DNA of 64,000 nt from Geosiphon pyriformis uo1 (lineage: Eukaryota > Fungi > Glomeromycota), in the NCBI GenBank assembly GCA_016748015.1, contig JAAOMT010000303.1, forward strand, positions 124,001 through 188,000, given 5' to 3'. Below, piece by piece: positions 50,420 through 63,259 of this stretch (its first letter is position 1; every line of letters begins with the position of its first letter). Position numbers and translations under genes: made by a program. The notes beneath the pieces are model-generated. The model saw only the letters and a list, made by a program, of their open reading frames with translations. It did no database searches and had not been told where the DNA came from.

Positions 50420-52570
50420 TGACTACATATTAACAAAAAAAAAACAACAACAGTTAATTAATATAATAACAACTACAAATTTTAAATTATTGGTGGCTAT
50501 TTTCAAGACTTTTTTGCCACTTGGTTTTTACAAAAAACTATTATTAGTGTTTTTAAAAAAACAAAAAAATAGACTTCTAAAAATATTGAAAAAAAGAATA
50601 CTTTTTTTACTATTTGGTTTGAACAAAAGTTTAAAACTCTTATTTAAATCTCTAAATAGTATATAAAACTAGAAAAAAAACAAAAGGTCTTAATAAAGTT
50701 GTAACTAAATATGTCAAAGCTATAAAAAAGTTAATTAAATAAGTAAATATTAGAAAAAACTGAATTAAAAAACAGAAGATTTATTTTTTTACAAAAGATT
50801 TAAAAACCAATCTATTCTATGCTTTTTGGCTTCTCTTAACTTTAAAAAATAATTCTACAATAAACATGATTATTGAATTTACCCAGTAAATAGAGAATAA
50901 TAAAAAAATGTATTTGGAAAATACACTTTCAGTTTTTGTTTTTGCTTTTGTTCTGGCTTCTGCTCTTCAAATAACTGTTATTTTTTTACTGTCCAAACAC
51001 AAAATTTCAATAAACAACTAATAAATAGACTTATTACTAATATTGCTTAATTGTTAGAATTTCTAGTTTAAACAATAAAAAAAATTAACAGCTCCAAAAA
51101 TTCAGATTTAAACTTTACTATAATCAGCTCTAACAGTTATTTTATAATCAAAAACAGTAAAACTGTGGCCTATTTGTGTGTTATTACTGTGGATTAATCA
51201 GATTTTTTTTAAGAAATTACAACAATTTTTTTTTGTTTCTTTCAGCTTTCAAAAACAATAACAATTAATAACAGATCTAATAATAATAATAATACTTCAA
51301 ATTAAAGACTAAATTTTATTAATCTGAATTTTTTTGAAAAGATTTTTTAGTTAAAACACTACTTATTAGTCTTTATATTAATAGACACATTTCTAAAAAA
51401 TAAAAGTACAAGCCAACCAAAAAAAAACTCTTTTTATTTTTTTATTCTAATTGATAATAATTATATCATAAATAAATTAGCTATTAATTTTTTTATCTTT
51501 ACAAGAAAGAAAAAGAAAACCAAAGTTGAATTTGCACCAAATCTTAATAAAACAATAACATTTATAACTGACAATAATGAATTTTCAAAACCAAAAATTT
51601 TCAAAAATTTTTCAAAATTAGAATCTTTAAAAATTATACAAAAATTTGGATTCTATTTTATTATAAAAGATCTTATAAAAATTCCAGTTTAGAAAAGATT
51701 TTTGTAAATTCTTAATTTTAAAAAAAAGACTTTAAAGATTAATAAGCACTTTTATTAAGCAGAACTTATTAACATTAGCAATATTACCCTATTAATTTGT
51801 AAAACACAAGTGGTTGGTTATTTTATTGATCTGATCTTAAACAGTAAATCATTTATTAGTGTTATTGCTAAACACTTTTAAAAGCTATTAAAAAAAAAAT
51901 TAATGATTTTTAACAAGACCAATAACCAATGTACATAATAACAAAAAAAAAGATCTTAATATAATCAAAACTGTTTCTGTTTGAATTAATAATATCTGTA
52001 TTGAAACTGATATAAAAGTTTTAGGGACTAAAAAATACATTATTATTGTTGGCAATAAATAGTTTAAGAAAGCTAAAACTTTGCTTGATTATAAACTTTG
52101 GTGAACTAACTATCAGATATAGTAAAAAACCTATTGTAATTAAGTACTATTATTAAACAATTCTTCTAAAATTAAAACCAAAACAAAAAAAAAAGCAATC
52201 AGAAAATAAACAAAAAAAGACTTTAAACTTGTCTATATTATTTTTTCAAGCAATAACAAACTTTTAAATAATATTAAAGCTAACAAAAAAAAATTATAGT
52301 TAATGGCAAAATAATTTGTTAATCTTATTATAATATTTTTCAAAAAACTTTTAGCTAAAAACCTAACATAAAAGCCAAATACAATTATTAATAACATGAT
52401 CTTTATGTTTAATACTAGTGTAATAAACTATTATATTTTTTTTGTAATAAATATATGTTTTGCTTAATCTATTACAAAGATTGAAAATCTATTAGCTTAA
52501 TATTTTTAAAAAAAATAAGAGAAGTACAAATATTATTTTAAAATAAATTATCTAAAATACAATTATAAAT
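50420..52570 (+). mobile_element. Decayed gag-protease of a different Ty3/Gypsy family
   Basis: F*IIGGYFQ...ATWF; knuckle CYYCGL at ~51180; FIDLILNSKSFISVIA (decayed LDSGS) at ~51825; IIVGNK* end motif. Confidence 0.6.
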
Positions 52571-52575
52571 AATAT

Positions 52576-53518
52576 TATTACAGATTAGAATATTAAGCTA
52601 ATAAATAGTAAGAGAAAATATAATTGTAGAATAATAAAAATAATTAAAAAAAATTTACAATAAAGAAGCAAATTGAATAAGTAAAGATTTAATATGCATA
52701 ATTAGTCTTATAAAAATCACAATTACAAATTTTTTCTGAAAATCTAAAGATAAAGAAATACTTTAATATTGTTAACAAAATAATACTACTGCTATTATTC
52801 TATGCCTTAAATCGGCAATTTTTAAAATTAATAATAGATATTATTGTGTTTTTTAATCATTTTTTTATTTAAAAAATTATAAAAGTAAGCAATAGTTTTT
52901 TAGGCTAATTTTAATAATACAAATTAAGAAGAGAAAAAAATAAAGTATGTAAATACCAACAAGTAATTTTTTATTCTAAAATGTTTAAATACTTGAAAAT
53001 AAGAAAAAAAAAATAAGCAATATGAAAAAAAGTAATTAATAATAAATTTTATTTTATTACTTTGATTATATTATTACTTTAATCATGTTTTTTTACAGCT
53101 AAGGAACTTATTGTTTATATAATTATTAAAAATAGTCAATAATTAAATTAATAACTAAATTAACAATTAGGTTAATAATCAGATCATTGATTAAGTCGAT
53201 AATTACTATCTAAAAATAGAGTGGTTAATGATATAATATTAGTAGTTAATACATATAATAACTAATAAAAACTATAAGTTTTAATCATAATATTATTTTT
53301 TTTAAAAAGATTAAACTTTAGCAAAATCAAACTATTTATAAAGTACTTAATTAAAAAGTTTTGTTTAATTTAAAACTAATTAGTTTGGTAAAACTTTTTG
53401 TTGATAAGATATACAAAATTTGAAATGAGATAAACTTTTTATCTAAAAGACCAAATTTTTATATAAAAGTTTTGGCTTTTTTAATAATATTCAAAATTTT
53501 TAAGACATCTAAATATAT
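52576..53518 (-). mobile_element. Family-3 LTR (52576-53292) with PPT and 3' internal segment
   Basis: Reverse complement of 42200-43100. Confidence 0.72.
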
Positions 53519-54274
53519 TGTTATAAGTTGAAGTAACAAGTTAATAAATAGCAAAAAAAAATAAAATAATAAAATAATAGAAATAATTAAAAAGAAAATT
53601 TCAATAAAGAAGTAAATTAAATAAGTAAAAATTCAATATGTGTAATTAATTTTATAAAAATCATAATTGTAAATCTTTTTTGGAAATCTAAAGATAAAAA
53701 AATAGTTTATAATTATTAACAAAATAATATTATTGTTATTATTCTATGTTTTAACTTGACAATTTTTAAAATCAATAACAGATATTATTGTGTTTTTTAA
53801 TTATTTCTTTATTTAAAAAATTACAAGAGCAAACAATTGCTTTTTAAGCTAATTTTAACAATACAAATCAAGAAAAAAAAAATAAAGTATGTAAATACCA
53901 ATAAATAATCTTTTATTCCAAGTTATTTAGATACTTTAAGGTAAAAAAATAATAATAAACAATATAAAAAAAGTAATTAATAATGAGTTTTATTTTATTA
54001 TTTTGATTATATTATTACTTTGATCATGTTTTTTTTACAGCTAAGGGACTTATTGCTTATATAACTATTAAAAATAATTAATAAACAGATTAACAATTAG
54101 ATTAATAATCAGATTAATTAATAATTAAATTAATAATCAAATTAATAATCAGATCAATAGTCAAGTTATTAATTAGGTTAACAATTACTATCTAAAAATA
54201 GAATAGTTAATTATATAACAGCAGTAGTTAATACATATAATAACTAATAAAAATTATAAGTTTTAACTATAACA
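53519..54274 (-). repeat. Family-3 LTR, possible solo LTR (flanks ATAT/ATAC)
   Basis: Minus-strand termini TGTTATAGTT...TATAACA. Confidence 0.7.
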
Positions 54275-54889
54275 ATACTATTTTATTTAAGAAAAGTACT
54301 TTTATAAATTATTATTAAATAATTTTAAAAATTATAAATGCTTTATTAATAAAAATATTATCAAATACTTTAAAAAATAAAAAATTACAACTTTTTTGTT
54401 TTTTGTTTTGGTTATAATTATAAAAATATAAAAAAAAGTTTTTTATTTATTAAATAAACAATTTAAACCAAATAATACTTAAAAAAATAAATATATAAAA
54501 TTTATTAATATTCTATTTTTAACTATTTTGTAAGTTTAAAATATAAGTAATAATTATAATAACTTTGAATTTAATATTTTTTTATAAGCTTTATTTATGA
54601 AGTTGATTATTTTTGTGTTTTTAATTTAAAATTTTTAATATATTTATGTTAATATTCAAACTTGTAAATTAAAAAACCCCAATTATACTTTATAATGATT
54701 ATTTTATTCCAAAAATTATGCAAACTAATTTTTATAAATATAATATAATGCAAATTTTTTTCGAATGGTTTATTGAATGTAGTCCATTTACCTACAATTA
54801 TAATAATGCTAAAATAATGATTTAAGTATTCACACTAGTTTACAATTTTTTCAGATCAACTCTTTCATCCTTTCAACAGTTATTATATT

Positions 54890-56577
54890 ATGGCCGATTC
54901 ACAAATGCACTACTCCGAAGCTTCAAGCAACACTGAGCGTAGCAAAGGGGAACAAGAAAACGGAAGCCTCTCGCACGAAAACGCAGATAATGAGGGTATT
55001 TAAGAGTTTTGCGCGTTTAATAAAAAGATGTGACTTACCCACAATGGCACCTTTTTTTCAGAATTTGTTGATTTTCCGGAAGAGGAAGAGGTGGATTTCT
55101 GAAAATTTTATATCATATCTTACTTGAGGTTGATTTTAACGTCTCTTAGTTGATAGGAAATTGAGCTCACTCATTTGCGTCTCAAAGACCTTATAAGTCT
55201 GAAGCTTGAGAGATTTAGGAACTTGCAGGTAACGCTTTGATTATTTAACTTTGCATTCAACACAAATGATAAGCATTAAAACTTTCTTTCGACATAAAAG
55301 AGATTGTGTCTCCGTCAAAACTTCATCACCAAAATTGAAGGTCTTGAACATCTGGCAAATTTAAAGGAATTAGACTTATATGATAACAGGATATCATATA
55401 TTGAAAATTTGAATGAATTGATCAATCTTGAGTAAGGGTAAAAGGAAAAGTTCAACTGTTAATAATGATTCTTTTTTGCCTTTGTTTCTAATAATGTTAC
55501 CCTTTTATTGCTTTATTGCTTTATAGGTCCTTGGACCTTTCATTTAATAAAATTCGAAGAATAGAAAACCTCGAACATCTCGTTAAACTTAGTAATTTAT
55601 ATTTTGTTGAAAACAAAATCAAGACCATTCAGAATTTAGATCATCTGATAAATTTGAGAAATCTGGAGTTGGGTGGTAACAGTATTTGGGTAATTTTTTA
55701 AATTCGACAAAATCACAAACATTCTATCACTTTTTCAAATGATGAATTTCTGCTGACTATTTTTCAATTCGAAGCATGTTGAAAATTTGGAAAATCTCGT
55801 CAATTTGGAGCAGCTATGGCTGGGGAAAAACAAAATAAAGGAATTAACGGTCTGAAATATATTAATATCTGTCTTTTTCCGCTAAAGGTTTTTTTATTCA
55901 TAATATTATCATATTTGATGACAGAATTTGGAAAAGCTGAAAAATCTGAAAATCTTGAGTATACAAAGCAATAGATTAACGGAGTTGAAAGGGTTAGACA
56001 GGCTTGTAAACTTGGAGGAGTTATACTTAAGTCACAATGGCATCAAAAAGCTGGAGGGACTAGAAAATAACGTAGGTCTTTCTGTCCTGCCCATGCCTTC
56101 TTTTGAACTTGTTTGCAGATAATTGTTATCTGTCTTTAACTGATAAATCGATAACAGTTAAAATTACGGGTGCTTGATATTGGCAATAATTTTATCAAAA
56201 AAATCGAAAACGTTTCCCATTTAATATTATTGGAAGAATTTTGGGTAAGATATTTTTATTCCTTATGAGAAAGTGTAATAAAGCATATGTGTTAAACTTT
56301 TAACAAAATAAATTTTTATTTCTTTTAGGCAAGCAATAATCAGTTGAATGATTTCCAGGAGCTCGAACAGCAGTTAGGACATCTTAAAGAATTGCGCACC
56401 GTCTATCTTGAGGGAAACCCAATTCAAAAAAATAATGAAGCTATCTATCGACTAAAAGTAAAAACGCTTTTGTCCCAATTAACCCAAATAGATGCTACGT
56501 GAGTATAAGTTTTTTCTCTCCGTTTTAGCAGTTATCAAATTAATTCAATTAAATTCACTCGTAGTTATGTCCGTTGA
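54890..56577 (+). CDS. SDS22: Protein phosphatase 1 regulatory subunit Sds22/PPP1R7 (LRR protein), 10 exons
   Basis: Manually spliced exons 54890-54995, 55062-55090, 55157-55228, 55301-55431, 55527-55689, 55775-55849, 55925-56071, 56158-56244, 56329-56498, 56565-56577, all with GT-AG introns. Contains SDS22-type LRRs (LCLRQNFI, LDLYDNRI, LDLSFNKI, LWLGKNKI, LSIQSNRL) and the cap TVYLEGNP...QIDATYVR*. Confidence 0.93.
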
Positions 56578-57005
56578 TCATTCTCATTTATCACTACTGT
56601 CAAGCTCCCGCTCAACCCTCTTGTTTCACAAATTATCTTCACCCAGCTTACGATTCCTATCAGCATTCATACTAAAATATTGGGTAGATATATGTTTAAG
56701 ATAAAAGCTTCACCATCTTTCTAGCAATGGCTTTTCTTATCTTTAGTCACGTACGTGTGTCGTAGATGATTAGGCCTAAAAGGATTTTGTTATGGAGTTG
56801 GCTGTTTTATTTTTAGGCATCATTGATTAAGAATTCACTCAATTTATTTATCGTCAATCAAGCATAAATTATATACTGATTTACATTTAAAGTATATGTG
56901 TATCCAAAAATTGCTCAAGTTTTTAATCCACTTTTATTTTCTATGACTAATTAGCGGAATGTATATTTAACTTTTCTAACCCTACCCTCGATATAAATAA
57001 AGTGG

Positions 57006-59147
57006 TTATAATTCATCATGAGCATCTAATGGCTCTTCTTTAGTAGGTGGTGGTGCGTCTCCACTCGAGTACAACTTGCTTGTAATAGGGTTAACAATCG
57101 CTTGAAGTTCTTCTTTATGCTCATCAATATCTTCTTTGGTAGCGGAATTTCCATGTTCATCAAACCAATCCTGGGCCTTCTTTATTGCGTCTTTGATCGT
57201 CTTCTTTTCATCATCACTGAGCTTCTTACCTAGGTCCCCATCATCTGCAACCTGATTCTTTAGCGAGTAAACGTAAGTTTCGAATTGATTACGCGATTCG
57301 ATACGCTCGCGCTGAACTTTATCTTCCTCAGCAAACTGTTCAGCTTCCTCTACCATACGATCAATCTCTTCTTTGGAAAGACGTCCTTTGTCATTTGTAA
57401 TGGTGATTGATTCGGATTTACCTGTACCCTTATCAGCCGCCGAAACCTTCATAATACCATTGGCATCCATTTCAAAAGTAACTTCAATTTGAGGTACACC
57501 ACGTGGTGCCGGGGGTATTCCGGTCAGTTCAAACTTTCCGAGTAAATTATTATCCTTGGTTAGGGTGCGTTCACCTTCGTAAACTTGGATAAGTACAACA
57601 GGTTGATTATCGGCAGCGGTCGAGAAAATTTGGGATTTTTTGGTAGGAATAACAGTGTTACGGGGGATCAATTTGGTCATTACACCACCAGTTGTCTCTA
57701 TACCCAAAGTTAAAGGGCATACATCGACCAACAAGAGTTCCGATACGGTATCATCTCCACTGAGAATACCACCTTGGACCGCTGCGCCATATGCAACAGC
57801 TTCGTCAGGATTAATATTCTTTGAAGCTTTTTTACCATTGAAGAATTCTTCAAGAAGTTGTTGTACTTTGGGAATACGAGTAGAGCCTCCAACTAAGACG
57901 ATATCATGTACATCCTCCTTTTTCACACCAGCATCTTTCAAAACTTGTTCAACAGGTTTCAAAGTTTTTCGGAATAGATCATTATTGAGTTCTTCAAATT
58001 TAGCCCGAGTTAAAGTTTCAGAGAAATCTTTTCCGTTATGGAAAGATTCAATTTCTATACGGGTTGACATTTGTTGTGATAAAGTGCGTTTTGCTTTTTC
58101 AACCTCACGCTTTAATTTGCCAACTGCTTTAAAATCTTTGCTAGCGTCTTCCTTGGTCTTCTTTTTATAGAGTTTCAAGAAATAATCAATAACTCGGTTA
58201 TCAAAATCTTCACCACCTAAATGAGTATCACCAGCAGTTGCCAAAACTTCAAAAACTCCATCTTCTATCGATAATAAAGATACATCGAATGTACCACCAC
58301 CAAGATCATATACAAGAATTTGTCGTTCACCACCAGTTTTATCAAGACCATATGCAATTGCTGCGGCTGTTGGTTCGTTCACAATTCGCATCACGTTCAA
58401 ACCAGCGATCACACCAGCATCCTTTGTAGCTTGACGTTGGGCATCATTAAAGTAGGCTGGAACAGTTACGACAGCATTGGCCACTTTCTTTCCAAGATAA
58501 GACTCAGCGATTTCCTTCATTTTTCCAAGTACCATTGCAGATATTTCTTCAGGTGTAAAGGTTTTGTCTTCCCCTTTAACTTTGACTTGAATTACTGGTT
58601 TGCCATCTTTATCGATAACCTTGAACGGGAAGTGTTTGATATCATTTTGAACATCTTTATCGTTAAATCGTCGGCCAATTAGTCGTTTGGCATCGAAGAT
58701 TGTATTGTAGGGGTTTGCAGGTGCTTGATTTTTGGCAGCATCACCGACTAGACGTTCCTCATCAGTGAACGCCACGTAGGATGGTGTTATACGATTGCCT
58801 TGGTCATTAGCTAGGATTTCAACACGTCCATTAACATGAACTCCGACACATGAATAAGTTGTGCCAAGGTCGATTCCTATTACTACAATATTAAAAACAA
58901 TATATCTTGGGTTAATAAAAATTCTAGGAACTATTTTTTAGAAAAGCCTACTCTTTTATCGAACTTTTTAGACCTTTTATAGAAAGATTGCTTATACCAA
59001 GATTTAACTCAAACTTCTATTAATTTAAATACCTGTGCCGACTTTTTGTTTCTCTTCTTCCTGGGCAACTTCTGCCGTGATAGGTGTTAAAAGAACACAA
59101 GCCGTAATTATTAAAGCCAAATATAAATAAAATGTTGGTTTTTTCAT
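57006..59147 (-). CDS. KAR2: ER Hsp70 chaperone BiP/Kar2, 2 exons (59147-59033, 58882-57006)
   Basis: Signal peptide [25 protein letters not shown]; [14 protein letters not shown]; Hsp70 signatures; C-terminal HDEL. Confidence 0.97.
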
Positions 59148-62099
59148 ATTTCTAGACTATTTGAAATGTCCCAAGGGGAAACCCTAAGTTATTCTTCCAG
59201 GAACTCTTCAAAAGTTAAGGGAAGAGCTTTTAAAAATATAGTCAGATGCTTTTTTAGTTTTTCAAAATACGTGAGAAAGTTGTCTCTTCTCAAGAGCAAT
59301 AAAAAATAGAGGCAGACAAGTGAAAAATCAAAAGGTGAACGACCAAAATCGTTTCCTTTATAATAGTGGTCGAGATGTTGGTTGAGATATGAAAATTAAT
59401 ATCGTTGGCATATTTTAATTGGACGACTGTTGACATCTTTGTTGGCGATTTTTCATTGGCAACATATGTTTCACGGACTTTAAATTGAATTCTACATGTA
59501 CTAATCTGAAACCTGTTTTTAATTGTATGTATTGGCTTTTTGAAACAGAACTACTGATCGATTATTTGCTTTTTCAAATAAGGATGTACGATTTGCGACA
59601 GATTAACAAAATCTACATAGCTATCATTGATGCCACGTTTATTCATTAAACTTAAGACACGTTATAAAATTTTCTTGATGAAATATTTGGAATGTGAATA
59701 ATTTCTACATTCTAAGTCTTTCTTTACTGAACAATGTTTCAACAGCGGGATTTTGACGAGCAAATATTACAATTCAATTTAATCATTATTTACTGATTCA
59801 AAAATATTTCTGAATATGATAATTTGAGTTTTAAAATAATAATTCATAGTGAATGGAATAATTTATTTTTTGAAGCCAACTATGAAAGTGGGAAATTTTA
59901 TGATCCTAAATTTTTTGTCTATAAATTTTTTAATTAAAAAACACGCTGGTATGAGGGGGCACTGCGAAAGTGAGAGCAGGTGAATTGGTTATGCTTATGG
60001 TGGTTGAACACCGCAAATTAATCTGGAAACCTACCCCCCAATCCAGAGCTGAGCTGGAGACTGGTGGGGTTGATGAGTGAGGACTCAATGTTGGTGGATT
60101 TGGATATTCCTACTGAACCTAGGCGTTCTTGGATGAGTTAGTCAATTTTGTTGTATTGTCATATCCTGACGTTTTAGTTACAATAGTGATGTGAATTTAC
60201 CTCATGTAATATAGTGTGGTACATGTACTATTGTAGTAGATCGTGGAAGACTTGATAATAATAATAATTTAAAAAATGTATATTTAAACATATAAAATAT
60301 TTTATTTTATTTTATTATAAAAACCAATATATTCTCTAAATAATTATTTCTTTTTGTTTTGATTTTTCTGAGCAAAAGGTAAAAAAAAAGCACTAGTAAT
60401 AACACAACCCAATGATTGTAAAAACACCTTTTTTAAATATTTTTAATACAAAAAAGTTTTTAACTATTTTAAAAGCACTTTTTTTGTTTTAGGTTAAAAG
60501 TTTTTTTTTTAGTTTAAGTCTATTAAATAATACACCAAAATTAGTTTTAATTTTGTTATTATTGCTATTATAATTCAATTTTTTAGTTAGTTTTATTAAT
60601 TATTCAATTATATTTAATTATATGTATTAATTATATATTAATTGTTTTATATTTAGAATTAATATTAATGTAATTATTAACTAAATTATTAATTTGATTT
60701 TTGACTTAATTAATTTTTAAAAAAAAGTATATAAGTAAAACTTCTTAAAGCTGTAAAAAAATAATAATTTCTTATCAATTTTTTTTAAAATTAATTATAA
60801 AATCAATTTTTTAATTTTTAATTTTTTTTGTTTGTATTTATGTTAATTTTTAAATAATATATTAAATAAATATTTATTAAAAAATACAAATAATATTTGT
60901 TAATAAATTCTAATATTCTTAATTAAAGCATAAAATTATATTATTTATATTATTTTTATTAACAGTATAGATTATTTTCAAATTTTCAAATTTTTTTAAA
61001 AAAATAATATTTATGATATTTATAAAACTGATTTTATATATTAAATTTATATAAATTTAATTTGTATTTGATTAAATTTTTCTTCATTTTTTATTATATA
61101 ATTTATTTTTTATGATTTATTAACTAATTATTTTAATTTATATTACTATTATAAAAAATTCTAAAGTTTTAACAAATAAAAATTTTTATTTATAAAAAAA
61201 CAATTTTTTTTAAAAGTATTTAAAAATTTAATTTCAAGTTTTTTAATAACTTAAAATTTTTTACTGTTGTAAAATTTGTTTTTTTTGGTATTTTAATTAA
61301 TTTTGTATTATAAATATTAATTATAATAATATGTTTAAATCTAATTATAAACAATAATATTTTTTTAATTTAAGTTAAAAACAAAAAACTTTTTTTCTAT
61401 TTTTATAGTTATAATTAAAACAAAAAGTAAAAAAATTGTAATTTTTTTATTTTTTAAAGTACTTAATAATATTTTCAATAAAATATTTGTAGTTATTAAT
61501 TGTTTAATACCATTTTATAAAAGTATTTTTTATAAATAAAATAATAATTAAGTAATTTTTTGCTAATTTTAAAGCATTATTTTTATTTTATTTTTTTAAA
61601 AAATTTCAAAGTTTTTAATAATTAAATTATTATTATTTTGTTTTTTTATTATTATTATTTAAATAATTAAAAAAACCAAGTTAACTAAGAATTAATTTTT
61701 TGATATTTTTGATTATTTTTTTTTTATAAAATATAAAACTTTGGTTTTTTCTGTTTTTTTGGCTTTTTTACCAATTTTACATTATTTATTAATTATAATA
61801 TTTAATTTTATTATGGCTATAAATAAAAAAAAATTAATTTAAATAATAATAATTTAAATATAATGATTAATTTTAATTTAAATTAATTTTTAGTTGTATT
61901 TTTTAATATTTTTGATTAATTATTACTAATTTTTAAAGTAAAACAAGTTATATATTTACATATTACTATATTTAATTAATTTATTAAATTACTTAATTTT
62001 AAATTTTAAATTAATTAGATAAAAACTAAAGTTATTTTTTTTTCTGTTTTTTTTTATATTTATTTAATAAATAATCTAAATACTACTTAATATATATTG

Positions 62100-63070
62100 T
62101 ATTACCAGTAAAAATTTGAAATATTAGTTAGCATGAAATTATTTTTATAAATTTTATTATTAATTAGTATATATTATTATTTTAATATATCACTTATTAT
62201 TTTACTAAATTATTCAAATTTTTATTTAATTAATAACTTAATTTGTAAAATACACAAATTGTGAGAATTAAATCACATAATACTTCAAACTATGTAATAT
62301 TTAAAATTCACCAAAATTTGTAAAAATAATTAATAGTTTATTAAAATACTTAATAGTTTATAGAAATAACTTATAGTTTGCCAAAATGTATTATTAGTAC
62401 AGTAAAATAATAATAAAGAAAAAAGTGCAAGTTTATAGACTAATACTACAACAAATATATAAAAAAAGCTTTTTTCTTCAAGAAAATATATTTTAACTAG
62501 AATTATTTTCACTAAAAATATCTTTTTTAATATCTATATAAACTACTTTAATAAAAAGTATATTAAAAACAACAAAATTTATAAAAGTAATTTTTACTTG
62601 AAAATTTCTAAATTCCAATTAACATTTTAAAATTAATTAGCTACCAATTTCAGTAATTTGTTAATGATTTTAGATTTAAACAAAAGATGATTTTCTTAAC
62701 AAAATTTTTTTTCTTTTATATATATTTTTTCTTTTATATTTCTTTTTTTTCTTATTATAATTATTAAAATAGTTTATAAACAAAATTTTTATAGAAGAGT
62801 TAACTTTTACAACAAAGTAATTACGTATTTTTAATAAGCTTTTAGATAAGCATTTTTTGGAAAAAAGTTGATTTTTATTGCAAAATAACTATATAAATAA
62901 TTGGTATAAAATTGATTATTCTATTTATAAACTTAATAGTTTAAATTATAGAAAATAATTTGAAAATAAATTTAGTTATTAAAAATTTACTAATTTCTAA
63001 TAATTAGAAATTAACAGCAAAATAATAATAACAACATTTAAAAAAAAAAGACCCAAAATCTTTGGTAATA
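62100..63070. mobile_element. Decayed family-2 LTR (reverse complement of 25997-26938)
   Basis: tattaccagtaaaaatttg...ttagcatgaaatta start and ...aaagacccaaaatctttggtaata end align to the 25997-26938 termini; no TSD found. Confidence 0.75.
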
Positions 63071-63259
63071 ACAATTAAATTTCTATAAAAAAACAATTTT
63101 TTATAAAAAACATTTTTTTATAGAACTAATTAATTAATTAACAATTTTTTCTCTATATAAAAACAATTTATAAAGGAACAAAAACATAATTTTATTAAAT
63201 ATTTATTTATTACTTTTGATCTTTATTTTTTGACTGTTTTTTCTTATTTTTTTTAACTT

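Noticed and set aside
57640-58682. Antisense and alternative-frame ORFs overlapping KAR2
   Set aside because: Shadow ORFs typical of conserved Hsp70 coding sequence, with no independent evidence.
60260-62099. Extremely AT-rich tract as a centromere or origin
   Set aside because: Indistinguishable from terminally hypermutated repeats; no positive evidence.
62096-63074. TSD for the second family-2 LTR
   Set aside because: Flanks ATTG and ACAA do not match, so it was excluded from the TSD evidence.
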